A DNA stretch of 64,000 nucleotides. Source: Callorhinchus milii (taxonomy: Eukaryota). The notes beneath the pieces were generated by a model. It had not been told where the DNA came from. It saw only the letters and a program-made list of their open reading frames with translations, and ran no database searches. The translations under genes were made by a program, and so were the position numbers. The DNA is taken from the NCBI RefSeq assembly GCF_018977255.1, contig NW_024704743.1, positions 50,904,001 through 50,968,000 of the forward strand. The letters run 5' to 3'. Positions within the stretch are counted from its first letter, which is position 1. The number at the start of each line of letters is the position of its first letter. This document shows, piece by piece, positions 1 to 13,104 of the stretch.

Positions 1-673
1 AGTTCATATACTCAACACTGAACACCAAATGGCAATTTCTATATTCTTCACTAGATCCTCAGAAAACTGCATGAATGCAGGATAGTTCCACCACCATCAT
101 AAAGAAATATGAGGTTAGATTTGGAGACGTAAATCAAATTACAAGGCAGGTGTAAGGTATGACTGAGTTATCCAAAATACGTTTTCCTGACTCAAAAGCC
201 GTTTTAGCAAATGCAAGAATTATTGTTAAGTTTAATTAAATAATAGTCCATTTTTGGATGCAAAGTTACAACCCTTTGTTTTAGAGTCCATAGTTGCAAC
301 CACTGTTACATCAATGCTTACTCTATTCATATTTCAGTTGATGTGTGATGGAATATTTTTAAATTACATTTTCCATAGCATGCTCCCGTACATTGTTTAT
401 TAAACTGTATCAGTGATGAATAATGTTAAGGAGATTCAATGCATAAGGTGACAGTGACCTTCATTTAATTAACCATGATAGAAACAAAGATGGGAGCTGG
501 AATGATGAAGCTGTGCACACACTCATTAATCGTCTGTGTACTGTCAGAAAGAAAGCTAAATAAATAATCTTGCAATTTACATAATACAAAAATGATTAAA
601 AGTTATTTGCTTTCTTATTTCCATTGTTCGTGTACACTTTGTCAAACAAATATTTCTTTAACATATATTAAGG

Positions 674-1000
674 GCTCCACTGGCTCCCTGTCACTGAACA
701 GATCGACTTAAAGGTCCTCAGCTTCACACACAAATCCCTTCACGCCCTAGCCCCTCCTTTTCTTTTCGATTGCCTCTCTCCCTCTTGATCCTCTACTTGG
801 CTAACTCAGGTTTGCTGCACATCCTCCAGCTGACCTGCTTTCCAAATCCACACCCCTGATCTCTGCAACTCCCTCCCCCAACCCCTGCATCTCGCCCCTC
901 CCTATCTTCTCTATCTTCAAATCATGCCTTAAAATTTATCTCTTCAACTGCACTCAATTTCACCTCCCCCTTTCCTCCTCTCTCCTCCTGGTCTGGTCCT
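674..1000 (+). mobile_element. Old L2 LINE 3' fragment
   Basis: Begins ctccactggctccctgtc (LHWLPV, matching the L2 ORF2 C-terminal LHWLPI near 57700), followed by pyrimidine-rich L2-like 3' sequence; heavily decayed. Confidence 0.6.
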
Positions 1001-2818
1001 AACCTCAGTATCTCAGTAATGGTAGGGATCTTATCCTTATTTATTCATGTCATGCATCTGCTCTGCAAAATGAACTGGAAGCGATCCCTTTTGTAATATA
1101 AAATGCAGAGCTGTTCGCTTACAAACTAGACAGTCACTTCACCTTACAATAAATCATCTGAAGCACTTTGAGGTATCCTCCCAACATGAAAGTCACTATA
1201 GCAAATCAAAAATATCAAATACAAGGATGACTATGTGACTATTAAGGCACATCTTATTTGTGTGATACAGCAGACAAGATAGAATTTACATTTTGTTGCA
1301 CCTTATTTTTCAAACATCTCACATTCTATTGCTGTCAAACATCTCACAAGCTATTGCTGTCAATTGTAGTGACTGATTTTTAGGCAGCTATTTGCAGTGG
1401 AGCGGTCCCACAATTATCATTGAGGTGAAAGCTAAATTAATCTGGAAGATTATTAGCCAGGACATTTGGAGTCACTACCTGCTCTTTGTAATAGTGTCAT
1501 GGGATCGTTAATCTTCATCAGAAAAGAGTCAGAACTTATCTGAACGACAGTACTCTATAACATCAAAGAACATTTCTGCTAAAGAAATTTAGTAGTATGA
1601 GTATTCGCTGTATGAACTGGCAATGGAAAAAAAATAGTCTTAATGTTCCTTGTTCTACATTATTTCACCCATCACAGTGTGCAGCAGAGCAGCTAAACAT
1701 CTGCAGAAGGTAAGCTTGCAGGCAGCCATCTCCTGTAAAACCATGCTATACTTATCCAGATAATTGCAATCTGTAATTATTTACCCAGCGCTATGTCTGG
1801 TGGCTGTTCCCCAAACACACGTTGGGAGTTTTAGTCACAATTAAAAGGCAGTAAATTATCTGATATTGTAAGCCTCAGCTTGAACTGCAGCCCAAATGTA
1901 TTTTCTGTCCAAATGTTTATGCTTGACACAATCCCCCACTGTTATACATAATGAAACCTATTATGGTGTGGGGACTAGATCTAGACTCAGTTCAGGAAAC
2001 AGAATGTAATAATAATTTGAATCTATAAAAAATAATTTCCCTTGCAATACAGAAATGCACAATTGTTTTTTGTTTTACAAATTACCTTACTGTATTTTCT
2101 TATGAATTAATCCTTAACCGCACAGCAGGCTTTTGGAATTCTTCCCTGTTTAATTTAAACAACTCATTTTTTTAACAAGCCCCGAAGTACACTTCATGTT
2201 ACAGTTAGTCAAAGTGCCAGTACTGTTCAGGCACTGTTAATATCAAAGGCCACTGCTGCACTTTATAGAGACAATAATAATTTTGTTGGACTACATGATT
2301 TTTAAAAAAAATCTCGGAGCTTTGGTTCAGTTAAATTAGTTTGGAGCAAATTGAAGGTAAAGTTGCTTATGCAAAGAGCAGGACCTGTGGGTAAGATTTA
2401 CTTTGCAACAATCGGATCACATTGTGCAAAGACTCACAGGAAGAACTTGATTTAGTTTGCTCAAATTGGGTTTGTCTGGATTTTATTACAGGTTACGTCA
2501 TATGTAAACTGATTAATTGGTAGTGAGAAATAATTTAATAATAATACTTGTATTTTGCACAGAACTTTATTACTTCATTGTAACATCTCAAAGCACTTTG
2601 CAGGATTTACTGTGAAGTGTAGTGACCGTGTATTTTGTGTATAGGCAAAGCATACTTGCATTGCCACAAATGTGCTGCTATTCATCTGGCTGAAAGTTAC
2701 AGGCAGATAAGACTTATTGCTTTTACATTTCTCTGTCTCAACCCGGTAACTGTCCATTGAACATTCCCATCCATGATGGCAGGAAACACGCCCAAAAAGT
2801 AAATTCTATGTATAATCC

Positions 2819-3080
2819 TAATAATAATAATAATCCTTGCATTTGATATAGCGCTTTATTACGTCTTCTAGACGTCTCAAAGCGCTTCACAGAATATACT
2901 GCAAAGTGAATTGGTTGTATATTTGTGGCGAAACGCGGCAGCAAAGCACAGTCACTTCAATCCACAACAAACAGTTGTGGATTGAAGTGACTCATTTATT
3001 ATTGTTTTTTTTCTTGAGAGATTATTATTAGGCATGTGGAGTAAGGAAACTTGCCCAAGGTTTTGTCCTGCCGGGAATCT
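2819..3080 (-). mobile_element. tRNA-headed SINE (SINE2-1_CM-like), 5'-truncated, short variant
   Basis: (ATT)n tail, 3' stem-loop and body match the full copies at 28724 and 44299; stops within the B-box region. Confidence 0.85.
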
Positions 3081-3480
3081 GAAAGATACAAAATTAAATC
3101 AGAGAGTCGTTGTCTGCATGAAAAGCGCTTGGAGAAGCATGTTTATTTGAGAAAACAAGACAAGCAGATTTCTTATCTTCATGATGCCTTGTCTAAGTAT
3201 TCTAAAAATAGGTGTTAATTTGTTTAATGAATTGGTTGGAGGGGCAGCAAATGCAGCATGTGCTATTATCACCTGTGATAATCATCACATTGACCAAAAA
3301 TTGGGTCAAAAACCATCATGGTTTCAGGGGGTAATCAATCCCTCTTTGACCCCCATTATCCCTGTTAATTATTGGATGTTTTTGGACACACATTTGGGTG
3401 GCGTTGTAGTTATACCCAGTGCTGATATCGCAAGCTCATACCCCCTTCCCATCATTCTGTGCATTTGTACACTCCAGTGC

Positions 3481-3553
3481 ACTCCAGCCCTTTGGGACGT
3501 CCTCCTGACGTGAAAGGTCTTTATAAATGTAATTTTGTTGTTGTTTGTTGTTG
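3481..3553 (+). mobile_element. Isolated L2 3' tail
   Basis: gggacgtcctcctgacgtgaaagg followed by (TTG)n, the same architecture as the L2 end at 58075-58142. Confidence 0.8.
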
Positions 3554-4886
3554 TAATCAAGTAGGAACAGGTATTTGCCAACCACATTTCAAGATATTGG
3601 GCCCCCTCCTAAATATTACTATGTAAAGTGGATTCCAGTGCCCTCGAATGTCCTTCTGACATGAAAGGTGCAAAACAAATTTACTGTTGTCGTTGTTTCA
3701 TCAAGTTGAAGCCATGAGAATAAAGTAAAGGCTGCAATTGAAATTGAAAGGTTCAGGCAACATTCACACATTGTTTAAATCTGACTTTCACAGTTTGTGA
3801 TGTGAATGCAAACCATGAAATAAATTACAATCTTCTAATTCACTCTGATGTCCCATTATATAATTGATAATGAATAGCACAGCTTGGTTTATTAAGAATA
3901 AACCACAGCTATATATTTAGCATAGCTTGGTTCATTTGTCACCACTCACTGCTGGGAAGGCGGAAAACAAAACTAATAATACCATAAACAGGACCTGGAA
4001 ATAAAATAAATCAATGGGTTAAAACTACTGTACCATACTTCTGTGGTCATGATTTAAAACCATCCCAAATTGCTAGGAGTGAAGTCTCTCACATGCTGTG
4101 TGTAAAAATGCTACATGAAGCCAGGGTGCTCAGATTCATGCATTACGGCCCATGCAAACACACAACACAAAGGTACTCATAATTCAGCACAAACTAGCAC
4201 TGAATTTGTACCAGTAATATCATTAGGCAGGGCGTAAGAATGACCGAGGTGGTAAAACATTATTTGCACTGATTCAAACAAGAGTTCCGTTTCTGAGGAC
4301 GATATTAAGACAAATTAGTTCAAAATTCCTCCTCCCATAAAAAAGGAGAAATGGCCCTTCTAACAATTATTTTAATGAAATCACATGAGTGCCTGGCATT
4401 GCTGACTGCTGTTTTTGAGAAATGCAATTTCATTAGCATTAATAAAGAAGTATCAGGACGTTTAATGGTGCACCTGCAATGAGTATTTCACGCTTCTGAA
4501 ACAGCTAATGAGCCACTTGAGCACAATAACTTTTGACAAGTCTGATATAGCTGTGGTGTGGGAAATTCAAAGTCAAGATGGCTGAAAGGCAGATTTGCAC
4601 AAGCTAGTTCGCACACCAGACTTTGAAAATGCAGAGCACACTGCAATGGAGTAGCACCATAATAATTTGGATTCCACCCCTCCACCATCCCCCCCACCCA
4701 CAAAGGGAAACACCAAGTACATAACTGACAGCATCAATATTATCCGTACCACTCAGTTGACCTGGCATAAGGTGTGGGAGAAATTGTGAACATTGGTACG
4801 ATGGCATGACATTACATGACATTACACATGTTAGGGATAGCTGATACTGCTCTTAAATAATGTGAAGTAAATAATCAATTATTTAC

Positions 4887-5322
4887 TTTGTTTAGCCGGG
4901 TGTCTGACACATGCGGAAACCCATCACCATGCTTAAGAGCGTCCAAACCAAACTGAGAATTCTGTGTATCCCACCTACACATTGGAGATTCCAGAGATAG
5001 ATTGTTGGAATGTAACACACACTCTCTCCCTGGAGGGACGCATCTGCGTACCTAATTCCAGAAAGTATTAGGTGCAGGTTGGCAAGAGCTAAGGCCTGGG
5101 GACCCCAGAGTGTGTGTTGAGGTACTGCTGGAGTCTAACAAGCTAAAACCGCAAAGCTTGTCATTGATATTGCTGTCTGGCAAGCTTTCCCGCTGCTTGT
5201 CCAGCTGGAATAACCCTACCCATTAGGGCACTGGCTTGCAGGGTTAACAGGAGCTGAGTGGAATGATCCTCTGTCCCCAGTGACTGGTTTGCCCTTCCAG
5301 GGCCTGCCAATGAGCCAGGCTC
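4887..5322 (-). mobile_element. Unassigned ~435-nt SINE-like repeat (family X), near full length
   Basis: Aligns by eye to 7 other loci in the window; shared 5' start AGCCTGGCTCATTGGCAG and shared 3' end GTCAGACACCCGGCT plus A-rich tail. Confidence 0.75.
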
Positions 5323-6967
5323 AATTTAACTGGGTGATTGTTGGCCAAGATACTGGGAGACAATCAGTTCTGTTTTCAAATAGTGTCTTGGGATCTGTAA
5401 CCTGAACAGACAGATGGGGCCATCATTGAATTTATATTCCAAAGGACAAGGTAACAATAATGCAACTTGTATGTCTCTGCATTACCCAAGCTGTAGACCT
5501 GAGATCAATGACTGCAGCCAATATTAGGCAAAGCATCATTCTTTCCTCCTGAGGATTTTCTTTTAAAAAAGAACGCAGTTGAGAAAAACAAAAACATGTT
5601 CTATGTTACTGGATTCATACTCATTTGGAAAAAGTAGCTTTATAGAAATAAATCTTTGAAAAAAATTAATGAGCCATCAAACCTCAAGTCTTATTAAAAT
5701 CGTCCCTCAATCCCTACCTATTACAACTGGTACAAACCTGCATTAATAAATCACTTTATTTACACTGGTGCAAAACAATGTTTATATCAGTAACTGCTGC
5801 ATAATAAGATATGTGACAGGTTAATAAATAATAAAATAGGTGAGTGCCCAGCTATTTTTTCTTCGTATTCATGTTCAGGAAAGTTGCATGTTTTACTGCT
5901 TTTCAAAAATCTGGAAATAGTTATAAATACTTCCTTAACTTTATAATTGAAGAAAAAAGAATCCAAATTAACCAGCTGTCTTGTCCCATCATTACTGCGT
6001 TGTTAATATTTTGAGAAAATATAATTCTCTCTGATATCTAATTTCTAGTTGTGTTTCAAGACAGTCAAAGCAAGATTATTCTGATGTGAATTAGAAATGT
6101 GAACTTTTTTTTATTTGAGAGTTAATGTTATTCATTCACATTATTTATAAATAGGCATTGAAGCCATTGCTTTCCCTCATGGTATTCTTTTTTAGACCAA
6201 AAGAGAATATGTTTCTGGAACAATATTTGTGTAATTGATCATTTTATAGCCTGCATATGTAAATCAGGGGATAGAAGAACAAGTAATAACAGGCATTCAA
6301 TACTTTTACAACTCTATTTTCCATCGAAAGACACCACAGATGTTTCTTACAAACAGAAAATGTACATAATAGACAATAGGTTGGTATTGCAACATGTTTA
6401 ACAGGATTCAAGAAGAATTTGTAAATGCTAAATCCTGTAGGTAGGCTGTGTCATATTAGACTTAAACTCTTACACTGATTTCATCTCTTTCCGGGTGTGA
6501 CAGAGCATAGTTCCCAAGGACCAGTGGGATGCACATCTACCTGCAGGATTTGACATTTGCAAATCATTTTTGAACCCCTTGTTAAGAATGCCACATTCTC
6601 AACTCAATGTAACCTGAATCCCTAAGCCTTTGTCTTGACTCACAATGATTTATATAGGATTCATTGGCACTATCTCGATGTTCATTTGTTGGCAAGTTGT
6701 GCTATTGGGTACATCATCAGAGTTGACATGAATAGGCTGCATTCAATTTAAGAGAATTATAGGTAAGTGAGAACAGTCTGTTTATTAACCACATTTGATC
6801 TGTCTCCATCAAAGAACCATAGAACTATAAAAATATATTGCACACAAAGAGTTAATTTGATCCATCATGTCTGTGCTGGCTCTTTGAAAGAGCATTCTGT
6901 TTAATCTTATTCTCCTGCCTATTCTCCATCACTTTTATATTTCTTGGATGTGGCTGATAATAGTAAC

Positions 6968-7365
6968 AATAATAATAATAATCCTTGCATTTGATACAGC
7001 TCCTTATCACATCATTGAGATGTCTCAAAGTGCTTCACAGGATACACTGTAAAGACTTTGTGTATTTTGTGGTCAAACGGGGCAACCAATTCCCACAAAC
7101 AGCTGTGAAGCGAATGATTGTTTTTGTTTGGGAGATTGTGGGCCAAGACACTGGGAGAAACTCCCTTCTCTCCTTGAATAATGCCAGGGATCTTTAACAT
7201 CCACCTGAAGAGCAGACACAACCTTGGTTTAATGTCAATCCAAAAGACGGCACCTCTGACAACTTCATTGGAATGTCAACATATATGAGTTCAAAGTCTC
7301 GATGTGAGGCTTGAACACACAATCTTCCGACTCAGAGGCAAGAATGCTACCAATTGAGCCAGGCT
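6968..7365 (-). mobile_element. Deu-domain SINE (SacSINE1-like), near full length
   Basis: tRNA-like head (cagcctggctcaattggtagcattcttgcctctgagtcggaag), Deu-like core (gaggtgccgtcttttgg...taaagatccc), L2-type tail with (ATT)n. Confidence 0.8.
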
Positions 7366-10300
7366 GTTGAATAGTGTACAAAAAGATATGAAAGTAGGAA
7401 CGTATGCACAGCTTGGAATATTTGGTAGCTGCCATTGGCTTGAATACTTTTTTCCATCACAGTGCACTTCCCATCATCAACTCAGAGCTTCTTTGGAGAT
7501 TATTCATGAAGTATTCTGTGGCAAATCGCCATTAGCTTTGGTATCACTGCTTCCACACTGTGAAAGTTGCTGCACTGCTTTTGTAAATTTATAATAAGGA
7601 TATATAATTTACTATAAAAATTATAATATTGTTTGGGTATGAGATTATGAGATGCTATGGAAGCCAAAATATTGTAGTTCAATTCAACCCAACTTTGCAG
7701 GCTAGTGTAGTAGAATCACAAAACAAAGAGTGAGTGAAGCACGAGAATTGGTACACTTTTTCCTGGGATTGAGGAGCAGAAGAGACCTGGAGACGCAAAG
7801 TATCACATTGTCTTATTCGAAGACCCTTGAATCAAAATGTAATATTGTACAAAATTCCTAAATACGATCTTAATTTGGGATCTTATTTCTGCAGTTTTTC
7901 AAAATTAATGCTGGTTTTAAGAATTTTCCAAAATTCTGCAACACGGTACATTTACAGACTGTGGTCTTAAGGCTAAGGCAGAGACTTGGGCCTCGAACAT
8001 GTGTTATACATGTGTTTTCAAAATCAAGGGTAAAGCAGTTTAATTTATTTAGCCTCTCTATAGAACATCTTTTCAGCGCAGATATCAAATCATAACCCAA
8101 AACGGCTTTATTGAAATTTAGCCGAAATGACACAAAGCAAATACTGTATACTCATTGAAAGTGCAGTCACTATAGGGAACAAATTGGTTGCAGATCAATA
8201 GGAAGCGGTTTAACGCAGAGTCCACCCTGAGGCACAAAACATGCTTTTAATACCAAGTGAGAACATGAGGTCCTTTCTTTGTTCAGAAAACATTAAAAAA
8301 TTACAATGTGAGGATGTATGGCAGGATAGAGTTAAAACTGTGACAAGTTTAATGATGGAAACAAAATATCCTATTGCTGTCGGAATATCCACATCAGACT
8401 TAACTAAATTTGAATCGCCCCACCCACAATGACACATATAAATGTTGATATATATGGAGTTCCTCACTGTTCAGTCTAGAGATTAATTAGAGCTGTGTTT
8501 TTCATTGGTATGCCAGTGTGGGACAAAGGCAGCCTGTAGGGTTGATGGGCATACAAAGCCGTTCATGGAGAGAAATGCAACAATAACAAACAATTGCAAC
8601 TTAAAAGAATATGCCTAACCCCAAAAGTAGACCTACTGTGAGGTTTCCCATTAAAACTGCCCTAAAGCTCTCTCATAAACAAGAAATAGAAAAAAATCTT
8701 GGCATTACCTACTCCCCAGTGTATGTGCATGATTTTCCAGTTTTGTAACATATTTTCTAGCTAGGAGCAATATTTGGCAGATGAAGTGGTTCAAAATATG
8801 ACAAAGCTTGGACTTGGGACTGGCGCTGAATGCCACATTTAACTCCAAATCATGAAAAATTGGATCTATTCAGATAGTTCTGAATTCCCTTGCTTTGTGT
8901 CCATCTGGGTTTCTATTACACATGTGGTCAGCCTGAAGTGAGCTCAGCTTCAATTCTTTCAAATTGCAACAAATATTCTCAAACAAATCTCCCCCCACCC
9001 CTCCACCCACCTCTCCCCCCAACAGACACACACACAAACGCACACACAATCTGCCTTATAAAGAATTGGGAAAGTAATCTTCATCAAGATTTTACTTTCA
9101 AAGATCCAAAAGGTTTGGACCGTAAAGCTGTGTTCAGATTACGTTTCCATCGACATTCTTAAATTTACTGGTGAGAAATCTTCTGGGGGTGCAGACTAGT
9201 TAGCAGACTCTGGGGCATTCAACACAGAAACTGGGATAATTCTGCCAACCTTGCCTTAGAATTATTACACCTTGTGGCATTGCGTTATAAATAAATAAAA
9301 TATTCAGATTATACTTTCCACAACACCAGCAAAGGCAATCCTGAAGGAGAGTTGTCATTCATCAAGTTATGCAGTGCAGTAATAAACGCGGTTTATAGTT
9401 TTATTTTGTGAAAGATGAAGTCTAGCATTGTGAGTCATCCAATAGATATTGGACAACAGAGTCTGTCATAATAATATCAAAGGAATATAGCAAAGAAACC
9501 TCCTGCTGGAGATGCAGAAGTAATTGAAGGGACAGTGATCATCCACACATGTTTGCTGCAAATTGCTTCTATGCAGGTGGGATGATTGGCCTGTGGTAGG
9601 AGAATGAAAAGATGATCCACTTCAACAGAATGGGCTGAACACAACAGGCTCAAAATCGTATTGCAATTCGCCTTATTCTGTAGCTTATTAACAACAAGAC
9701 CAACTAGTCATATTATTAGTACTGGTGTTAATAGCCTCAGAATTGGACTAATAATCTTTACATTTGATTAGCGCTGTTGATATAGCTCTGACACACTATC
9801 CCATGTGAAGGGTGTCATATAAATGCAAGGTGTTATTAGCTTAACACATTGTCGAGATGTCTCAAAATGCTTCACAGGATTTACTGTAAGGTGTCGGAAC
9901 TTTATTTTTGCAGATGAATGCAGCAGTCAATTTGCACACATCAACATCTCACAAACAGGCATAACGTGAATGACCAATTTTATCCAGGGAATTGAAAAAT
10001 AACTCTGCTCTGAACCACCCCCCCACCCCATCCCACCAGTTAATGAGGACCAATTAAAGGTTTTAATCTAGTAATATGGAAATGTTTGTGCCACTATAAA
10101 AATCTAAGGAATTGTTGTGCAATTTAACAAAACATTCTTACCCTTTCTTCCCAAATTCCATTACTTTGAATGATTTTGTTGATCGAAAATTGCATGGAAT
10201 GCAGATTCTAAGAAGTGATAATTTGTTTCATTTAAAGCTTTTAAGGAAAAAGAGAAAAGTTCAGCAAAACATTTAAAATAGTTTTCTTCAAAACTGTGGA

Positions 10301-11943
10301 CTCAATAAGCAACAATAATTGTTGCATCCCTCGAGTGGTGAGTGAAGTTCGCCAGGTATTGAAAGCAGGTGGGTCGCTATGAGGTGCTAGGAAGCCATTT
10401 GCAGTTATCTCTACTCTCATGGTTTTCACACTGATGAATCATTGCAACAGAGGGTATGTGAGGGAGCAATGAGGTAATCTTCCTAGAGCTTGATGTAGCT
10501 ATCTTAATGGGATGCATGTATTATGCTCTTCTCAATGTCAGCTCAGCATGGGTATTCCTTGGTCTGATGCAACTAGCACAGTGGAGCAAATATTTAATAC
10601 ATTACTTAAAAAATGATGTGCCAGCTCTTCTTGCATTTCGTTCCCCTTTGTAAGTTCTTAAGGTTCATTATTAATCTCCCCTGCCCACGGGAACTGTTAA
10701 TGTTAGCAAATACACTTTCAGGCATATAAAGAGCAAACACAAGAGAGTACTGGCTTGAGTATAGTGATCACTTTGATAGTTTGTGCTGTAGCCCAGAGGA
10801 AGAAAAGAATAATCCTTTCCATCTTTTCATGTTTAGAGGAGCTTAAAGATCAAAGGGGTTACGTTTTCACTAAAATTCTACCCTGGTCATGATCTGAATA
10901 TTTTATCCCATCCTTGAGCCACCAGAAGCAGAAATGAGCTCAAGTAGATGGAGTCATGGTCAACATGGGAAAGGTCTTAGAAAAAATCCCACCATTAATA
11001 TGCATCATCCAAGTTGCTACCCTTAAAGGCAATTGGAATTGTAACTTCTTCCTGCTCTGCTCTTAACTTGATTAATAATAATCCTTGTGCCTTTCACATT
11101 AGGAAGACTGAACACAGCAGCCAATTTGCAAACAGCGATGTCCCACAAACAACCATGAAGTGAATGAATAATCAATTTTATCTGTGGCACTGAAGTCCAG
11201 GACACAGGGAGAAACTCCCTTCTCTTTTCGCTTAGTTTCAGGAGATCTTTAACATGCTTGTATCTAAGAAGACTCTAATTCTGGTGATAAAATCTAACAA
11301 AGCACTATAATAATAATAATAGTCCTTGCATTTGATATAGCACCTTCTCACGTCTTTGAGACGTCTCAAAGCGCTTCAAGGAATATACTGTAAAATGAAT
11401 TCTCTGAATAATGTAAAGTGTATTCTCTGAAGAGGGCACACAAAATATGCAGTATTTCAAAGTGTGCAGAATTTGGCAAGTTATTGAATTCAGTTTTTAA
11501 CTCAGAAACCCGTTTTCTGTCGTTCTTAAAATAATTTGCAAAAGAAAGGCTTCAAAATTGAAGCCTGGATTTAAGAATGTGACAAATTCTGAACACTCTG
11601 TAATAGGGTAAATCTCAATCTGGGTGGAATTTCTACTCATTCATTTTTAGAAACTGATTGACCTGCTGTACAATACTATCAGTTTATTTCAGGTTTTCAG
11701 CATTCATAGAGTTGAACATGCAATGACTCGGAATGTGATCCACTAACAGCAACTCAGATTTGCTATCACAAAGAATCCTGTTGGCAACCCCTAGTGCATC
11801 CTGACCACCTTGTACTTCTGGTTCCCAGCTGGATTCCCATTAGCAATTTTTTTGTTTGATTTCATCCTCCCAGAATACTCATCAAACCATCTTCCTATTC
11901 ATAGCAACTAGAGGTTGTTTAAGGCCAGCATCCTGGCCACAAT

Positions 11944-12310
11944 GGAGTCCTATAACTCAGTGGTTAGAGCACTCACCTTGGAGGGAAGATAACTGGATTT
12001 GATTCCCGGCAGGGCGAACTGTTGGACAAGTTTCCTTACTCCACAAACCTGTTTACCTAGCAGTAAGTAGGAACCCGGTTTTTAATCAATTGGCGGATCA
12101 CCTTCTGGGAGTAATAATTTCTTAAAAAAAGTAATAAATTGGTCACTCAATCCACGACTGTTTGTGGGATACTATGGTGCACAATTGTTTGCTGCATTTT
12201 GCCCACAAAATACAGTCAATTCACTTTACATTATATTCTGTGAAGCGCTTTGAGACGTCTCGAAGACGTGATAAGGCACTATATCAAATGTAAGGATTAT
12301 TATTATTATT
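11944..12310 (+). mobile_element. tRNA-headed SINE, full length, long variant
   Basis: Head ggagtcctataactcagtggttagagc with A-box and B-box-like motifs, central gtttacctagcagtaagtaggaacccgg segment, 3' stem-loop ACGTC-TCGAA-GACGT, (ATT)n tail. Confidence 0.9.
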
Positions 12311-13104
12311 AGCTAGAAAATATGTTACAGTAGTCAGCAGTGCTTCCCACCTTTAAAGTTGGGAACCCCAAGCTTAGTTTTCATGAAGCTTAGCTGAGCC
12401 CGAATCAGTGTAAGCAGGCCAGCTTCAATGTGTGAAATGATTATCTGTTGTGAGGTTGTTACGAGTTCCTGTTTACTGAGAAGATGAGCCTGTATTTCAC
12501 AGATCAGAGGCTCTTTTGCTTTATTTGATTTGACATGATAAGGATGTCTCCTTCCTCAGCCATGCTGTGTTCAGTGCCTCAAGTAGGATAAAGGCTTGAT
12601 AGAAGGTCATTCTCAAGTTGTACGCCTGGGGAAGTAAATACTTGCAGAAGACTTTGTACAGTATAAGCTATCTCTTTAACTGTTTTCAGTTATTTCCTTT
12701 AGGGTAAAACTTATCTTTTCAGTCAGTGGTGACACTGCAGAGGTGAAAGTGAAAAATGTTATATAACCACTGAAACATACTCTAGTAGATGTACTAGTCT
12801 AGAAATACTTTCAACTCACTGAATAAGTATAACAGCTCCAAAATTACAGTGGCACAACCACTATGTCAGAATCATGGGGCTGGTTGTGTGTCTGTGGGAT
12901 TGGTGGGAAGTGGGCGGGGGGTGGTCACACCCTAGCCATGATGTCAACTAGCTCAACTGCATTGATCAATGACATAATAACACATTGCACTTCACATCTC
13001 TCACCCCATAATCAATACCTCAGCAGCCCATAGGCACATGACAAATAGATGACTTGGTTTATGTTCAAAACACTCAAGATTTCACTTGAAAGAATGAGAA
13101 TTTG

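Noticed and set aside
1311..1360. 25-nt tandem duplication; also a 10-mer x3 at 32005-32036
   Set aside because: Ordinary slippage duplications with no spacers, so not CRISPR-like.
1678..1709. 32-nt exon-like segment with a strong donor (aag|gtaagc)
   Set aside because: No recognisable peptide and no supported partner exon on the plus strand.
6658..6762. Exon-like segment ending at tag|gtaagt
   Set aside because: Stop codons in all three frames.
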